From positions 124,001 through 188,000 of IMG/VR virus record IMGVR_UViG_3300034072_000926: a stretch of DNA of 64,000 nt, one strand, 5' to 3'. The translations under genes were made by a program, and so were the position numbers. This document shows, piece after piece, positions 18,344 to 27,976 of the stretch. How positions within the stretch are numbered: the first letter of the stretch is position 1; each line of letters starts with the position of its first letter. The notes below the pieces were generated by a model. It was not told the origin of the DNA and did not search any database. It saw nothing but the letters and a program-made list of their open reading frames with translations.

Positions 18344-19762
18344 ATGGCTCTAGATTTCTGGTATGATGGACAGATGCGCCGTTATTGGTTGCAGTTTAGT
18401 CGCATCTTTGAAGGTTTCCAATATGAAAGTGGTGTCGGCGCGGACGGCACCAAAACCCTTCGCTCATTCCCAGTAAGTCTAGCCGGTAAGAATCGCCAGG
18501 TTGGACATATTCTGAGGAACAACAGCGAGAACACAGTTCTCAGCACACCTCGTATCACATGCGAGATGTCTGATATTCAGATGGCACCCGAACGTCGTCA
18601 GAATCCCAACCATGTCTCAACTGTTCAAGTCTTCGAACGAGCCATAGACAATACAACTAATCGCTACACTGGCGAACTGGGAAATACCTATACGGTAGAA
18701 CGTTTCATGGCCATTCCCTATGATATGACCATGAAGGTAAACATCTGGACTTCCAATGAACAGCAGAAGCATCAGTTCATGGAACAGGTTCTGGTTCTCT
18801 TTAATCCATCGCTAGACATTCAGACCGGTGACAACCCAATCGACTGGACGTCTTTGACCTATGTGGAACTTGAGTCGATCACTTGGTCAAATCGAGAACT
18901 ACCAATCGGCACAGATGATGACATTGAGATCTCGACTCTGACCTTTAAGATTCCAGTGTGGCTATCCCCGCCAGCTAAGGTCAAGAAGCAGAATATCATC
19001 CAGCAGATCATCACCAACATTGGTATGATGAGCGATCTGGATGATCAGGTTGAAGGACAAGCCAATTACAACTTCTCAACCAAAGACCTGCATACTCGTG
19101 TGATTGTCACACCAAATAATCATCAGGTAAGGGCAGAAGTGTTGCTTGATATGGATCGTCGTCCATATTGCGAGATCACGTTGCTCAATGAGAATGGTCT
19201 TGAGACTAAACCAAATTCCAATCAGGTCTATAGCTGGAAGGAATTGCTGAGTCGTTATGGCCAGTATCGCAAATCAGTCAGCCAATTCCGTCTCAAGACA
19301 ACTGATGACATGGACGATCACGACTCGGATATTATTGGCATCTTTGATTTTCATCCCACTGATGAAAACAAGATCCTCTGGACCCCAGACTATGACACTA
19401 TTCCACCGAACACTCTCGAGACTATCAATGGTATGATCAGCCTCGGGAATCCAGTTGGTAGCGAACAAGTTGGCCGTTGGCCCGGTGACGGAGTCTTGCC
19501 AGCAGCCGCCGAAGGCCAGCGTTATCTCCTTGCTGACCGATTGATCGCTACACCACATTGGAACAATCTTGTCGCTGATCCCAACGACATCATCGAATAC
19601 AAAGATGGCGAATGGAAGATTGCATTTGATGCGTCCACTAAACAGGATAAGGAAATTGTCCTCAACTCGAGGTCTGGTAAGCAATTGCGCTGGACCGGCG
19701 AAGTCTGGGTAGATGCTATTTCGGCAGACTACTTCCCAGGATACTGGCGCGTGTTTATGTAA
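18344..19762 (+). CDS. Tail sheath terminator/stabiliser, T4 gp15-like
   Basis: FWYDGQMRRY, PRITCE, PYDMTMKVNIWTSN, EQVLVLFNPS, PVWLSPP. Confidence 0.75.
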   Translation: MALDFWYDGQMRRYWLQFSRIFEGFQYESGVGADGTKTLRSFPVSLAGKNRQVGHILRNNSENTVLSTPRITCEMSDIQMAPERRQNPNHVSTVQVFERAIDNTTNRYTGELGNTYTVERFMAIPYDMTMKVNIWTSNEQQKHQFMEQVLVLFNPSLDIQTGDNPIDWTSLTYVELESITWSNRELPIGTDDDIEISTLTFKIPVWLSPPAKVKKQNIIQQIITNIGMMSDLDDQVEGQANYNFSTKDLHTRVIVTPNNHQVRAEVLLDMDRRPYCEITLLNENGLETKPNSNQVYSWKELLSRYGQYRKSVSQFRLKTTDDMDDHDSDIIGIFDFHPTDENKILWTPDYDTIPPNTLETINGMISLGNPVGSEQVGRWPGDGVLPAAAEGQRYLLADRLIATPHWNNLVADPNDIIEYKDGEWKIAFDASTKQDKEIVLNSRSGKQLRWTGEVWVDAISADYFPGYWRVFM

Positions 19763-19775
19763 TCAAATTTTTCGA

Positions 19776-20240
19776 TTATTCATTTGCTATCTTGAGATAT
19801 ACCGCTTCGCTCTGTAACCCTAGTGCTCTAATTTCGAGCGGAGTAAGATTCTTGATCTTATCTTGTCGAATCTCAGTCAGCATTTCTTCAGATGGATCAA
19901 CGTCAGTGATTGTAATATCAGTTGTTATCACAATCCTAATATCCACCCAGTCTATAGAGACTAACGATTTTTTCTGAAAACTAGAATATCTATGTTGATC
20001 TTCAAAAAAATTCCTTGCCTCGCTGAGGATTTGTGCTTCCTCCTTAGGAGTTAAATTCGGCAGGCTTTTAGCATAATTTGGCACTGAAATGAATTTCATT
20101 TCAGTCCCTACTTTACGCTTACCTGATATTACATCGTGATAGCCATAAAAATAGGATATAGATTTAGAAACATTGTCGTTATAATCAACAACCCGTTCTA
20201 CAGCCTTCAAAGTTCTAATGTCTGTGGTTTCAACTGCCAT
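19776..20240 (-). CDS. Hypothetical protein (KLTxxEIRALG C-terminal motif)
   Basis: 154 aa AT-rich ORF with GGAG RBS. Confidence 0.65.
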   Translation of the reverse strand: MAVETTDIRTLKAVERVVDYNDNVSKSISYFYGYHDVISGKRKVGTEMKFISVPNYAKSLPNLTPKEEAQILSEARNFFEDQHRYSSFQKKSLVSIDWVDIRIVITTDITITDVDPSEEMLTEIRQDKIKNLTPLEIRALGLQSEAVYLKIANE

Positions 20241-20344
20241 TTCAATTACTCCTTAAGCAATGTCATAGCAGTTGAAATTTTTAGGAATCAATAAGTAAAT
20301 CGGATAGAGGCCCGTGTGTAACTGATTGACACCTAGCCGGAGTT

Positions 20345-20575
20345 TTAGCCAGCAGTCTGGTCGTTATCCGGTGTAACGTCTTTGCGGGCCTCTATCTGCT
20401 CTACCATCCACTTTGTGGAATGCTCAGCTGAGCAAAAGTCCAATCGCACGACCGTGTATGGATTGATCTTCGGGTTTGCCCAATAGAGCGGCTCCCCGTG
20501 TTCTCCCTTGAGAAACTTGTCATCGTTCAACGACATTGCACAAACATGACAACGATGGCCACCGAGAAAATTCAC
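20345..20575 (-). CDS. Small hypothetical protein with a CxxC motif
   Basis: 76 aa ORF containing CHVC and FCSAEH. Confidence 0.5.
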   Translation of the reverse strand: MNFLGGHRCHVCAMSLNDDKFLKGEHGEPLYWANPKINPYTVVRLDFCSAEHSTKWMVEQIEARKDVTPDNDQTAG

Positions 20576-20644
20576 GCCGAAAAACCTTTATTGACGTTTT
20601 GACCTGCTAATCGTTACAGGTTGGCTGAAGAAAGGTCAAGGGCT

Positions 20645-21037
20645 ATGGAAAATTCAGAGGTTACGAAACTGGTCATCTGTTTCAAAGATGAGGACGATGA
20701 CTTTGCCTATATCACGCATGTGTATATAGACGGCAATGACGAATATCAGACAACCAACTGTTATGATTTCGAAGATGCGCTCGATCTATCTCCCTATTCT
20801 CAGACCGAATTGGTCAAGATCTATCGAAGTTTCTTCGAGACCTACGGTGATGACTACGATTGCGAAATCGTCAATATCACAAAGACGATCAAAATCGCTC
20901 CTTACGAAACCGAAGATGATACTATCAAGGAACTGACTCAGAAGCACGCCTTGTCGAAGCTAACCGAGCGTGAGATTCGCGCCCTTGGCATCGTGAATAT
21001 TGCAACCTACATCAAAACAAAGTTCCACAACGCTTGA
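20645..21037 (+). CDS. Hypothetical protein (KLTxxEIRALG motif)
   Basis: Follows a TTGACG promoter; C-terminus is similar to the 19776-20240 product. Confidence 0.65.
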   Translation: MENSEVTKLVICFKDEDDDFAYITHVYIDGNDEYQTTNCYDFEDALDLSPYSQTELVKIYRSFFETYGDDYDCEIVNITKTIKIAPYETEDDTIKELTQKHALSKLTEREIRALGIVNIATYIKTKFHNA

Positions 21038-21067
21038 CACGCAGGGTAAACCTGTTACGGAGTTCCT

Positions 21068-21661
21068 ATGGCAGAGATGAAAGTTTTCAAGGTCAAGAAC
21101 CTCAAGACAGGCGAGTTCAGGACAGCCGGCGGTGGTTGGTCTAAGTTCGGCAAGACCTGGAACAACCTCGGACACTTGAAAGCCAGTCTCGCAACCACAT
21201 GGTGGTATCGTGAGGATTCCGAAGAGGCTATCAAAGCGCGTAAGAATTACGCGATTATCGAGATTGTCATTGTCGAGTCAGAAGACAACGTGACTCCGAT
21301 GGACGATTTTGTTGATAAGCTGAAAAGAGCTGCCAAGCTACGTGAACAATACGGTCGTAGCTTTACTGACCTTGTTGAGCGGATTGAGAAGGACGGTCAG
21401 TCTAAGGATTGGCAATGGGTTCTCATTATCCCACAGAACAATCGTCATCCCGAATATCGCCAAGAGATGCTCGACTATATTAAGAGTCAGAAGCTCAAGT
21501 TGGGCAAGGATGTTCGTAAAGCTGATGCAGACCAGGGAGGGATTGCAGTAGCTTTCAAGGAAAAGAAGCACGCCATGGCTATTAAACTGGCTATGGAAAC
21601 TGAGTCAGGTTTGGTCGGAATTGATATCCAGACTTTCATGGAAACAAATCTTGACGAATAA
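21068..21661 (+). CDS. Hypothetical protein, paralog of 33197-33784
   Basis: GGAG RBS and TTGACA promoter; shares KVxKxxNxxT...GKxWxN...IxEI with 33197-33784. Confidence 0.7.
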   Translation: MAEMKVFKVKNLKTGEFRTAGGGWSKFGKTWNNLGHLKASLATTWWYREDSEEAIKARKNYAIIEIVIVESEDNVTPMDDFVDKLKRAAKLREQYGRSFTDLVERIEKDGQSKDWQWVLIIPQNNRHPEYRQEMLDYIKSQKLKLGKDVRKADADQGGIAVAFKEKKHAMAIKLAMETESGLVGIDIQTFMETNLDE

Positions 21662-21694
21662 GGAAGACTCCGTATATAAGTAGATGTATAGCAA

Positions 21695-21751
21695 GGGTGG
21701 ATCGCAAGGTCGCACCCAAGCTGAACCATAAAATCCTATCGAAAGGTAAGG
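21695..21751 (+). promoter_or_regulatory. Structured leader upstream of nadE
   Basis: GGGTG-GATC-GCAA-GGTC-G-CACCC and CCT-ATC-GAAA-GGT-A-AGG; both have GNRA loops, and the second covers the RBS. Confidence 0.45.
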
Positions 21752-21754
21752 TGC

Positions 21755-23530
21755 ATGATGAGCAAGCATAAGTTCGCAGTCGTTCAATTCAATCCCATCG
21801 TCGGTGACCTTGAAGGTAATTTCCTCGGTCACATTTCCAATATCGAAGAAGCTGTTGCGCAAGGCGCGAAGATGGTCATCTTCCCCGAAATGTCGCTGAC
21901 CGGCTACCCTCTGGAAGATCTTGTTCTCCGGCGCTCGTTTGTTGAGGCCGTTGAGGACTACATCGCAAAGCTGGTCGTGACGATTAACGAACGCTGGCCA
22001 GATATTGCCGTGATCTTCGGCGCACCAACGATCAATCATCACGACGATGAAGTATTCCAAGTTCACAACAGCGCATTCTACGTCTACAAGTCGGAGACCG
22101 CAGACGTTATCGACAAATACGAACTGCCCAACTACGGCGTGTTCGACGAGAAGCGCGTTTTCAAAAGCGGCGAAGCCAAGGGCGGAATCATCGAATTTGA
22201 GGGTTATCGCATCGGTCTCATGATCTGCGAAGACTGCTGGTTCCCCCGCGTGAGCGAAAGTCTTCTCGACCAACGAGCAGTGATGCTTCTGAGCATTAAC
22301 GGTTCGCCCTATGAAATGGGCAAGAACGTTGTGCGTCGTCAGGTCATCGCAAAGCGCATCAAGGAAACTGGTCTGCCCTTCATGTATGTCAACATGGTCG
22401 GCGGTCAGGACGAACTCGTGTTTGATGGCGGATCGTTCTACTATGATGGAGAGACGGTCCAAGAAGCACCTCACTTCAAAGCTGGCATCACATATATGGA
22501 TGTCACGCTGAACCTGCGCGGGCGCGGCGGAGATCATCACACCGGCTACACCTACGATTGGTCGCTGACCACTGACAACTATCCTAAGGTCGACGCCAGC
22601 GGAGTCAAGGAAGTCTACCAGGCGATACACATGGGTCTTAAGGACTACATGGGCAAGCAAAAGAATGCTCAAGGTGTCCCAGTATTCAGTCGTGCAGTCC
22701 TGGGTTATTCCGGTGGTGTCGACTCGGGCATTGTTGCTGCGGTCGCGTGTGACGCGCTCGGTCCGGAAAATGTCCATCTGGTCCGTCTGCCCAGCAAGTT
22801 CTCGTCGGCTGGTTCGCTAACTGACGCAGAAGATGGTGCAATGCGTCTCGGAGCGCCCATGCGCACCATTCGTATCGAGCCGGTCGTGGATGCGCTTCGT
22901 CAAGCATATTGGGGCGCACAAGGTGGATGCAATTTCTACACCTATCGCAACAGTCAGCTCACTGGTGTAGCGGATGAGAATATCCAGGCGCGAGCACGTG
23001 GTAACATTCTGATGGCAATCAGCAATCAGGAAGGTCATATGCTTCTGACCACCGGCAATAAGTCGGAAGTCAGTGTCGGCTATTCGACCCTATATGGTGA
23101 CATGAGTGGCGGATACAATCCGATCAAGGATGCCTATAAGACCACTGTTTGGGAATTGTGCCGCTGGCGCAATGGTCTGACCCAGGAGGAACTCGACGAA
23201 CTGGGCTTCTCGGGTCGTGCAACTGAAGTTGTTCCGGAGGCAATCATCAGCAAGCCGCCGAGCGCAGAACTCCGTGCTGACCAGAAGGATAGCGACAGCC
23301 TTCCCGAATATCCTGTTCTCGATGCAATCCTTAAGGGGATGATTGAACAGGAGAAGAGCATCCGCACCCTCATCGAGGAAGGATTCAACGAAGCCGAGGT
23401 AACCAGAGTTCGGAATCTGGTTGACAATGCGGAATATAAGCGTAGACAGGCAGCACCGGGTGTCAAGCTTACGAGCAAGATTCACGGGCGCGATCGGCGC
23501 TACCCGATTGTCAATGCTTGGAGGGCTTAA
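21755..23530 (+). CDS. nadE: Glutamine-dependent NAD+ synthetase
   Basis: Nitrilase-type domain with E-K-C triad (FPEMSLTGY, DKYELPNYGVFDE, ICEDCW); synthetase motifs SGGVDS, ENIQARARG, TGNKSE, GYSTLYGD. Confidence 0.97.
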   Translation: MMSKHKFAVVQFNPIVGDLEGNFLGHISNIEEAVAQGAKMVIFPEMSLTGYPLEDLVLRRSFVEAVEDYIAKLVVTINERWPDIAVIFGAPTINHHDDEVFQVHNSAFYVYKSETADVIDKYELPNYGVFDEKRVFKSGEAKGGIIEFEGYRIGLMICEDCWFPRVSESLLDQRAVMLLSINGSPYEMGKNVVRRQVIAKRIKETGLPFMYVNMVGGQDELVFDGGSFYYDGETVQEAPHFKAGITYMDVTLNLRGRGGDHHTGYTYDWSLTTDNYPKVDASGVKEVYQAIHMGLKDYMGKQKNAQGVPVFSRAVLGYSGGVDSGIVAAVACDALGPENVHLVRLPSKFSSAGSLTDAEDGAMRLGAPMRTIRIEPVVDALRQAYWGAQGGCNFYTYRNSQLTGVADENIQARARGNILMAISNQEGHMLLTTGNKSEVSVGYSTLYGDMSGGYNPIKDAYKTTVWELCRWRNGLTQEELDELGFSGRATEVVPEAIISKPPSAELRADQKDSDSLPEYPVLDAILKGMIEQEKSIRTLIEEGFNEAEVTRVRNLVDNAEYKRRQAAPGVKLTSKIHGRDRRYPIVNAWRA

Positions 23531-23532
23531 TA

Positions 23533-24846
23533 ATGGTCGATATCGCACTTCGCGCTCATAATAAGAACTGGCGCCTCGATCCCATCATTCGGTCACTCCT
23601 CGATACCGATTTCTACAAACTCATGATGGGGCAGTTCATCTGGGAACGCTATCCTATCCACATCGTGACGTTCGGCATGAAAAACCGAACCAAGTCCATC
23701 AATCTCGGCAAGGTCATTGACGAGCAGGAACTTCGCGCACAACTCGATCACGTGATGTCGCTAAGCTTCACCAACAAAGAGCTCATCTGGCTGCAGGGTA
23801 ATACCTTCTACGGCCAGGAACGGATCTTCAAGCCCGGCTTCATCGAGTTTCTGCGTCGTCTGAAACTGCCACCCTATACTCTGACCCGTGACGAGAATGA
23901 CGACTATGTCCTTCGATTCACCGGCCAGTGGATGCAGGTCACGTTCTGGGAAATCTACGCGCTCTCGATTGTGAGCGAACTGAAGACCCGTGCGGCGCTG
24001 GCAAAGCTGAGCAAGTTCGAACTGGACGTCCTCTACGCAAATGCCAAGGCAAAGCTTTGGAAGAAGCTGAAGGCAATCAAGGAAGCCGGCGTTCGTGGGC
24101 TGTCGGATATGGCAACTCGCCGTCGTCATTCCTTCCTCTGGCAGCGTTGGTGTGTTGAAGCCGCGAAGGAAATCCTCGGCGATGCCTTCTTGGGCACGAG
24201 CAATGCCTATCTCGCGATGGAACTCGACCTCGAAGCAATCGGCACGAATGCACATGAACTGCCGATGACCCTCGCGGCGATCAAGGCCGGCCAGGGCGGC
24301 TCGGACGAGGACATTCGTAATGTCCAATACGAGGTCCTCAAGGGCTGGCAGAACCAGTATTCGGGCAATGTGTTGGTTGCGCTGCCTGATACTTTCGGCA
24401 CGACGCAGTTCCTCAAGGATGCTCCGCAATGGGTTGCCAACTGGAGGGGCTTCCGTCCGGACTCGAAGGCTCCTGACGAAGCGACCGAAGAGCTGATTGC
24501 ATTCTGGAAGCGTATGGGAGTCGATCCGGCAAAGAAGCTGGTCCTCTACAGCGATGGTCTGGACGTCGATGAAATCATCCGCATCTGGAACAAGTGGAAT
24601 GGTATCGTGACGGTCGGCTTCGGCTGGGGCACGATGTTTGCAAATGATTTCATCGGCTGCGATCCCACTGAAAGCAATCTGCTCGATCCAATCTCGATCG
24701 TTTGCAAGGTCATTGAAGCCGATGGTCACCCGGCCGTGAAGCTGTCAGACAACTATACCAAGGCAACTGGCGCTGAGGAAGAAGTCGATTATTATCGACG
24801 CATCTTCGGACATGAGGGCATGAAGGATGCCCCGGTGTTCGTGTAA
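23533..24846 (+). CDS. pncB: Nicotinate phosphoribosyltransferase
   Basis: SLLDTDFYKL, DMATRRRHS, GTSNAY, GTNAHE, LPDTFGT, RPDS, YSDGLD, FGWGT, AVKLSDN. Confidence 0.95.
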   Translation: MVDIALRAHNKNWRLDPIIRSLLDTDFYKLMMGQFIWERYPIHIVTFGMKNRTKSINLGKVIDEQELRAQLDHVMSLSFTNKELIWLQGNTFYGQERIFKPGFIEFLRRLKLPPYTLTRDENDDYVLRFTGQWMQVTFWEIYALSIVSELKTRAALAKLSKFELDVLYANAKAKLWKKLKAIKEAGVRGLSDMATRRRHSFLWQRWCVEAAKEILGDAFLGTSNAYLAMELDLEAIGTNAHELPMTLAAIKAGQGGSDEDIRNVQYEVLKGWQNQYSGNVLVALPDTFGTTQFLKDAPQWVANWRGFRPDSKAPDEATEELIAFWKRMGVDPAKKLVLYSDGLDVDEIIRIWNKWNGIVTVGFGWGTMFANDFIGCDPTESNLLDPISIVCKVIEADGHPAVKLSDNYTKATGAEEEVDYYRRIFGHEGMKDAPVFV

Positions 24847-25160
24847 TGGGCATCAAAGACCATAGTGGGACTTGGAGACCAAGTTGCCCGACTGGCAATG
24901 CGCTGGATGATTTCCTCTATTCTTCAAGAAAGGAGCCGAAGGTGGCGAACGTAGAAGTCAAGGTCGAGAAGACCTTCAATTTCACTGAAGAAGCCATCCG
25001 GCAGATCCTTTCGGAGTATCTCGCCGAAAAGCATTCCATCAATGTGGATCCCAGTGCTTTCAAAATGAAGATCACTGATTCCTCATATGGTGGCTATCGG
25101 GAAGATCAGTTCATTCCAGCAAAGCTGGATGGCTTCAGCGTGACGGTGACCAGCGTATGA
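24846..25160 (+). CDS. Hypothetical protein (true start possibly a GTG near 24941)
   Basis: ORF in the operon; AAGGAG precedes an internal GTG. Confidence 0.55.
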   Translation: MGIKDHSGTWRPSCPTGNALDDFLYSSRKEPKVANVEVKVEKTFNFTEEAIRQILSEYLAEKHSINVDPSAFKMKITDSSYGGYREDQFIPAKLDGFSVTVTSV

Positions 25161-25378
25161 AAGGCAAACACCTCGTATTCCGTATTTGGAACGATACCCA
25201 GATGTGGTATTGTGGTCGAACTTCCGGCCTGCGAGGTGGAACCTGGCCTGAAGAATGGACGCCAGACAAGACGACAGCGACCTGGCTCACCCAGAAACAA
25301 GCCAAGCGATTGATTGACGCACAACGTCATCAATTGTTCACTTGTGGTGCTGAGCCCTCATTTACGATTGTTTACTGA
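25157..25378 (+). CDS. Hypothetical protein
   Basis: 73 aa ORF, ATGA-coupled. Confidence 0.55.
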   Translation: MKGKHLVFRIWNDTQMWYCGRTSGLRGGTWPEEWTPDKTTATWLTQKQAKRLIDAQRHQLFTCGAEPSFTIVY

Positions 25379-25719
25379 TGGGCACTTCTAATCCACGCTA
25401 CAGTTGCTCTAGCCCGACCTGTAATGCGAAGATCACTCGCAATCAGCTACGTGGCAGCAATGGTATCTGCATCTACTGTAAGACCCCTATGAAGCACACT
25501 AGCTGGATGGGCGGACAACAGGCAACACTTGGTCAGCTTCTAACTATTCCAAAGTCCGAAGAGGCTGAGTTGAAAACACTTGCCGAAACTGTCGGGTTGG
25601 AAACGAAAGATCTTATCTCAGCAGCAATCGTCCTCAAGCTAAAAGAATGGTTGGCTGCGGAAAATGTTGAAAAAGCAGTGAAGCAGGACTTAATGCTTGA
25701 GAAACTATCAAGGAGTTAA
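25378..25719 (+). CDS. Hypothetical protein with a putative zinc ribbon
   Basis: CSSPTC...CIYC motif; coupled start. Confidence 0.55.
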   Translation: MGTSNPRYSCSSPTCNAKITRNQLRGSNGICIYCKTPMKHTSWMGGQQATLGQLLTIPKSEEAELKTLAETVGLETKDLISAAIVLKLKEWLAAENVEKAVKQDLMLEKLSRS

Positions 25720-25721
25720 TC

Positions 25722-25898
25722 ATGTATAAGGTCATCGGTGGAGTTTACACCAACACTGAATTTTCAGAGCTTGAACAGGGCACCCAGGAGTGCTATGGAC
25801 CGTTTAACACATACGAGGAAGCATACTCGGCGTGGAACGGTGCAACATGGGCTAAGGTAGATAATTGCTGCCATCGCCTACAGATTATGGAGATATAA
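25722..25898 (+). CDS. DUF4170-like small protein (not in the ORF track)
   Basis: Translated by hand: MYKVIGGVYTNTEFSELEQGTQECYGPFNTYEEAYSAWNGATWAKVDNCCHRLQIMEI, with AAGGAG RBS. Confidence 0.7.
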   Translation: MYKVIGGVYTNTEFSELEQGTQECYGPFNTYEEAYSAWNGATWAKVDNCCHRLQIMEI

Positions 25899-26536
25899 TG
25901 GCTTACTGTTATCCGTTTCGCATGGCAAGTGGCACCGCTACGATGCTTCCTATCGACGCAAAGAACAATCGTGTGCTTCTCGGCGTTCGCTCAAAGACCG
26001 CTTGGGTCTATCCCAGCAAGCTGAGCCTGGCCGGTGGCTTCATGGAAGCCCGCTTTGTCAAGGAACAGGATACGGACTTAATGTCTCAGGCACGCCAGTT
26101 CGTCATGAAGCTGATGGGCTGGAAGCTGGTCGCTGACGAATATGCCGAAGGCGAGAATCTCGAAGAGTGTGCTGTTCGTGAACTCGGTGAGGAAATGCTC
26201 ATCGACGTTGCAATCGAGCAGCTCAAGATGTTCACGGTGCGTTCCAACTGTCGCACCGATACCCGCGCGCATGTGATCAATGCCTGTTATTGGTTCGAGC
26301 TGACTGACGAGCAGATTGCTGCCGCGACTGCCGGCGATGACCTCGAAGAACTTGTCTGGGTTAATATCGACGAATTCGATATTGAACTGCCCTACGCTGC
26401 CCTTGAGGCAAAGTGGGACATGGCGTTCAATCACTTCGAAGTCATGCTCCAGGGCATTGCCGACTGGCGCAAGGAAAAGAACTATGAGCGACTGGTTCGT
26501 CTGGAACAGGACCTGAAAGCCCGAGAGGTGATCTAA
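25898..26536 (+). CDS. Nudix hydrolase, ADP-ribose pyrophosphatase/NrtR-like
   Basis: LAGGFME...GENLEECAVRELGEE Nudix box and RTDTRAHVINACY. Start overlaps the upstream TAA. Confidence 0.85.
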   Translation: MAYCYPFRMASGTATMLPIDAKNNRVLLGVRSKTAWVYPSKLSLAGGFMEARFVKEQDTDLMSQARQFVMKLMGWKLVADEYAEGENLEECAVRELGEEMLIDVAIEQLKMFTVRSNCRTDTRAHVINACYWFELTDEQIAAATAGDDLEELVWVNIDEFDIELPYAALEAKWDMAFNHFEVMLQGIADWRKEKNYERLVRLEQDLKAREVI

Positions 26537-27142
26537 ATGGCAAGACGTGTAGCCATGGCAGCGATGCGGACACAGCCTATTCATTTGGGCCATACCGCAA
26601 TCGCGAATGCAATGACTGCCAACTTTGACGAAGTGATCATCTTCAACGGGTCGGCAGACAAGCCAATCAGCATCTCAAATCCATTCCCTGTCGAGATCCG
26701 AATCCAAATGTGGAAGAGGATCTTCGGGGATCGTATCAAGCTCGTTCCGGTATCTGATCTCGGCGCGACCACTGACACTACGGAATGGTGCGACTATCTG
26801 TTGAAGAAAGCCAAGCAATTGGGTTTGCCTGAGCCAACAGATTATTTCACCGGCTCACCTGCTGATGCGGTCTGGTATCGCGGTCGTTTCTTCAACAAGG
26901 AATGCAATTCACCGGCCGATGATGACACTGACGAGTTCATTGCTCGTTACATGCCAAATGGCGTGTTCAGGCAGCTTCATCTAGTCGACCGGACGCAGAA
27001 CTACATTCCCAGCGCGACCGAACTACGTCAGTTCATGGTCACGCGAGATGATGGTTGGAAACGCTGGGTTCCAACCGTCATACATGACTTAGTTGAAGAG
27101 CACTTTCCAGAAGAATTCAAGGTTAAGCACCGCGACGTCTAG
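26537..27142 (+). CDS. NMN/NaMN adenylyltransferase, NadM-like
   Basis: RTQPIHLGH (HxGH), [21 protein letters not shown] motifs. Confidence 0.8.
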   Translation: MARRVAMAAMRTQPIHLGHTAIANAMTANFDEVIIFNGSADKPISISNPFPVEIRIQMWKRIFGDRIKLVPVSDLGATTDTTEWCDYLLKKAKQLGLPEPTDYFTGSPADAVWYRGRFFNKECNSPADDDTDEFIARYMPNGVFRQLHLVDRTQNYIPSATELRQFMVTRDDGWKRWVPTVIHDLVEEHFPEEFKVKHRDV

Positions 27143-27665
27143 TTTCCCATGCCTTTTTATTGCGGGCCGACCTCTCTTCTTTAGAGAAGTTGGCCCAAGC
27201 AGTCTTCTGCTTGTCTGACATATCTTTCTTTGTTTCTTCGGTATGTTTAAGACCAAGTCGATGACTTTTCTCACCAGGCTTATGTGGGTTATTTGTTCGC
27301 ATACGTTCTTTAACTACTGAACTTGCAGGACGGCCTTTTGCTGACGGTGGATTAGCATCAATACATAGATTTGTAAGAATGCCATCTTTATCAAACTTCC
27401 TGCGACCGTATTTTATAATCTCTTGTCGTTCTAATTGACAGGCTTCCTCATTTTCTAAGTTCTCAAAAACTTTAACAATCGAGGGTTCAAAGCCAGCCTC
27501 TCGGATTTTAGAAATTACATTATCCTTAAAAGGGTTCTCGTTTCTATTTCGACCAGTTAGATGCTCATTTGCCCTATTGCCTTTACCTTTTCCAACATAG
27601 AATACTGTGTCAGTTCTAGGATCAATTAAATGATAGACGTAAAATACATTTGAAATCTTTGTCAT
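27123..27665 (-). mobile_element. Free-standing GIY-YIG homing endonuclease with NUMOD3-like repeats
   Basis: FYVYHLIDPR...FYVGKG...R..EH and KHTEETKKDMS motifs; AT-rich and antisense to the operon. Confidence 0.85.
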
Positions 27666-27703
27666 ATCTAACTATACATTGGAAACGATCGAAAGGACAA
27701 TTT

Positions 27704-27967
27704 ATGGGCGACATGGGCGAACTGTTCAATGATCTTAAGGATCTGCGAAAGGAACAGAGAGCGGCTCGGTCAACGCAAGCTGGCGCAATGTTCGATGATG
27801 TTGCAAAGATGGTCGATAAGATTTCGGTCGATCCGAGTGGCACATGGAACATTGTGAAGCGGGACAATAAGATTCAGTTCTATCCCACAAAGGGAACATG
27901 GCAACACCGAGGAAGGATGTTGCGTGGAGGGATTCATTCCTTTATGAACTGGCTTGAGAAACTGTAA
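27704..27967 (+). CDS. Hypothetical protein
   Basis: AAAGGA RBS before MGDMGELF. Confidence 0.65.
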   Translation: MGDMGELFNDLKDLRKEQRAARSTQAGAMFDDVAKMVDKISVDPSGTWNIVKRDNKIQFYPTKGTWQHRGRMLRGGIHSFMNWLEKL

Positions 27968-27976
27968 GAGGGAAAT

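Noticed and set aside
21605-24729. Long minus-strand ORFs 21605-22777 and 23761-24729
   Set aside because: Antisense shadows of nadE and pncB.
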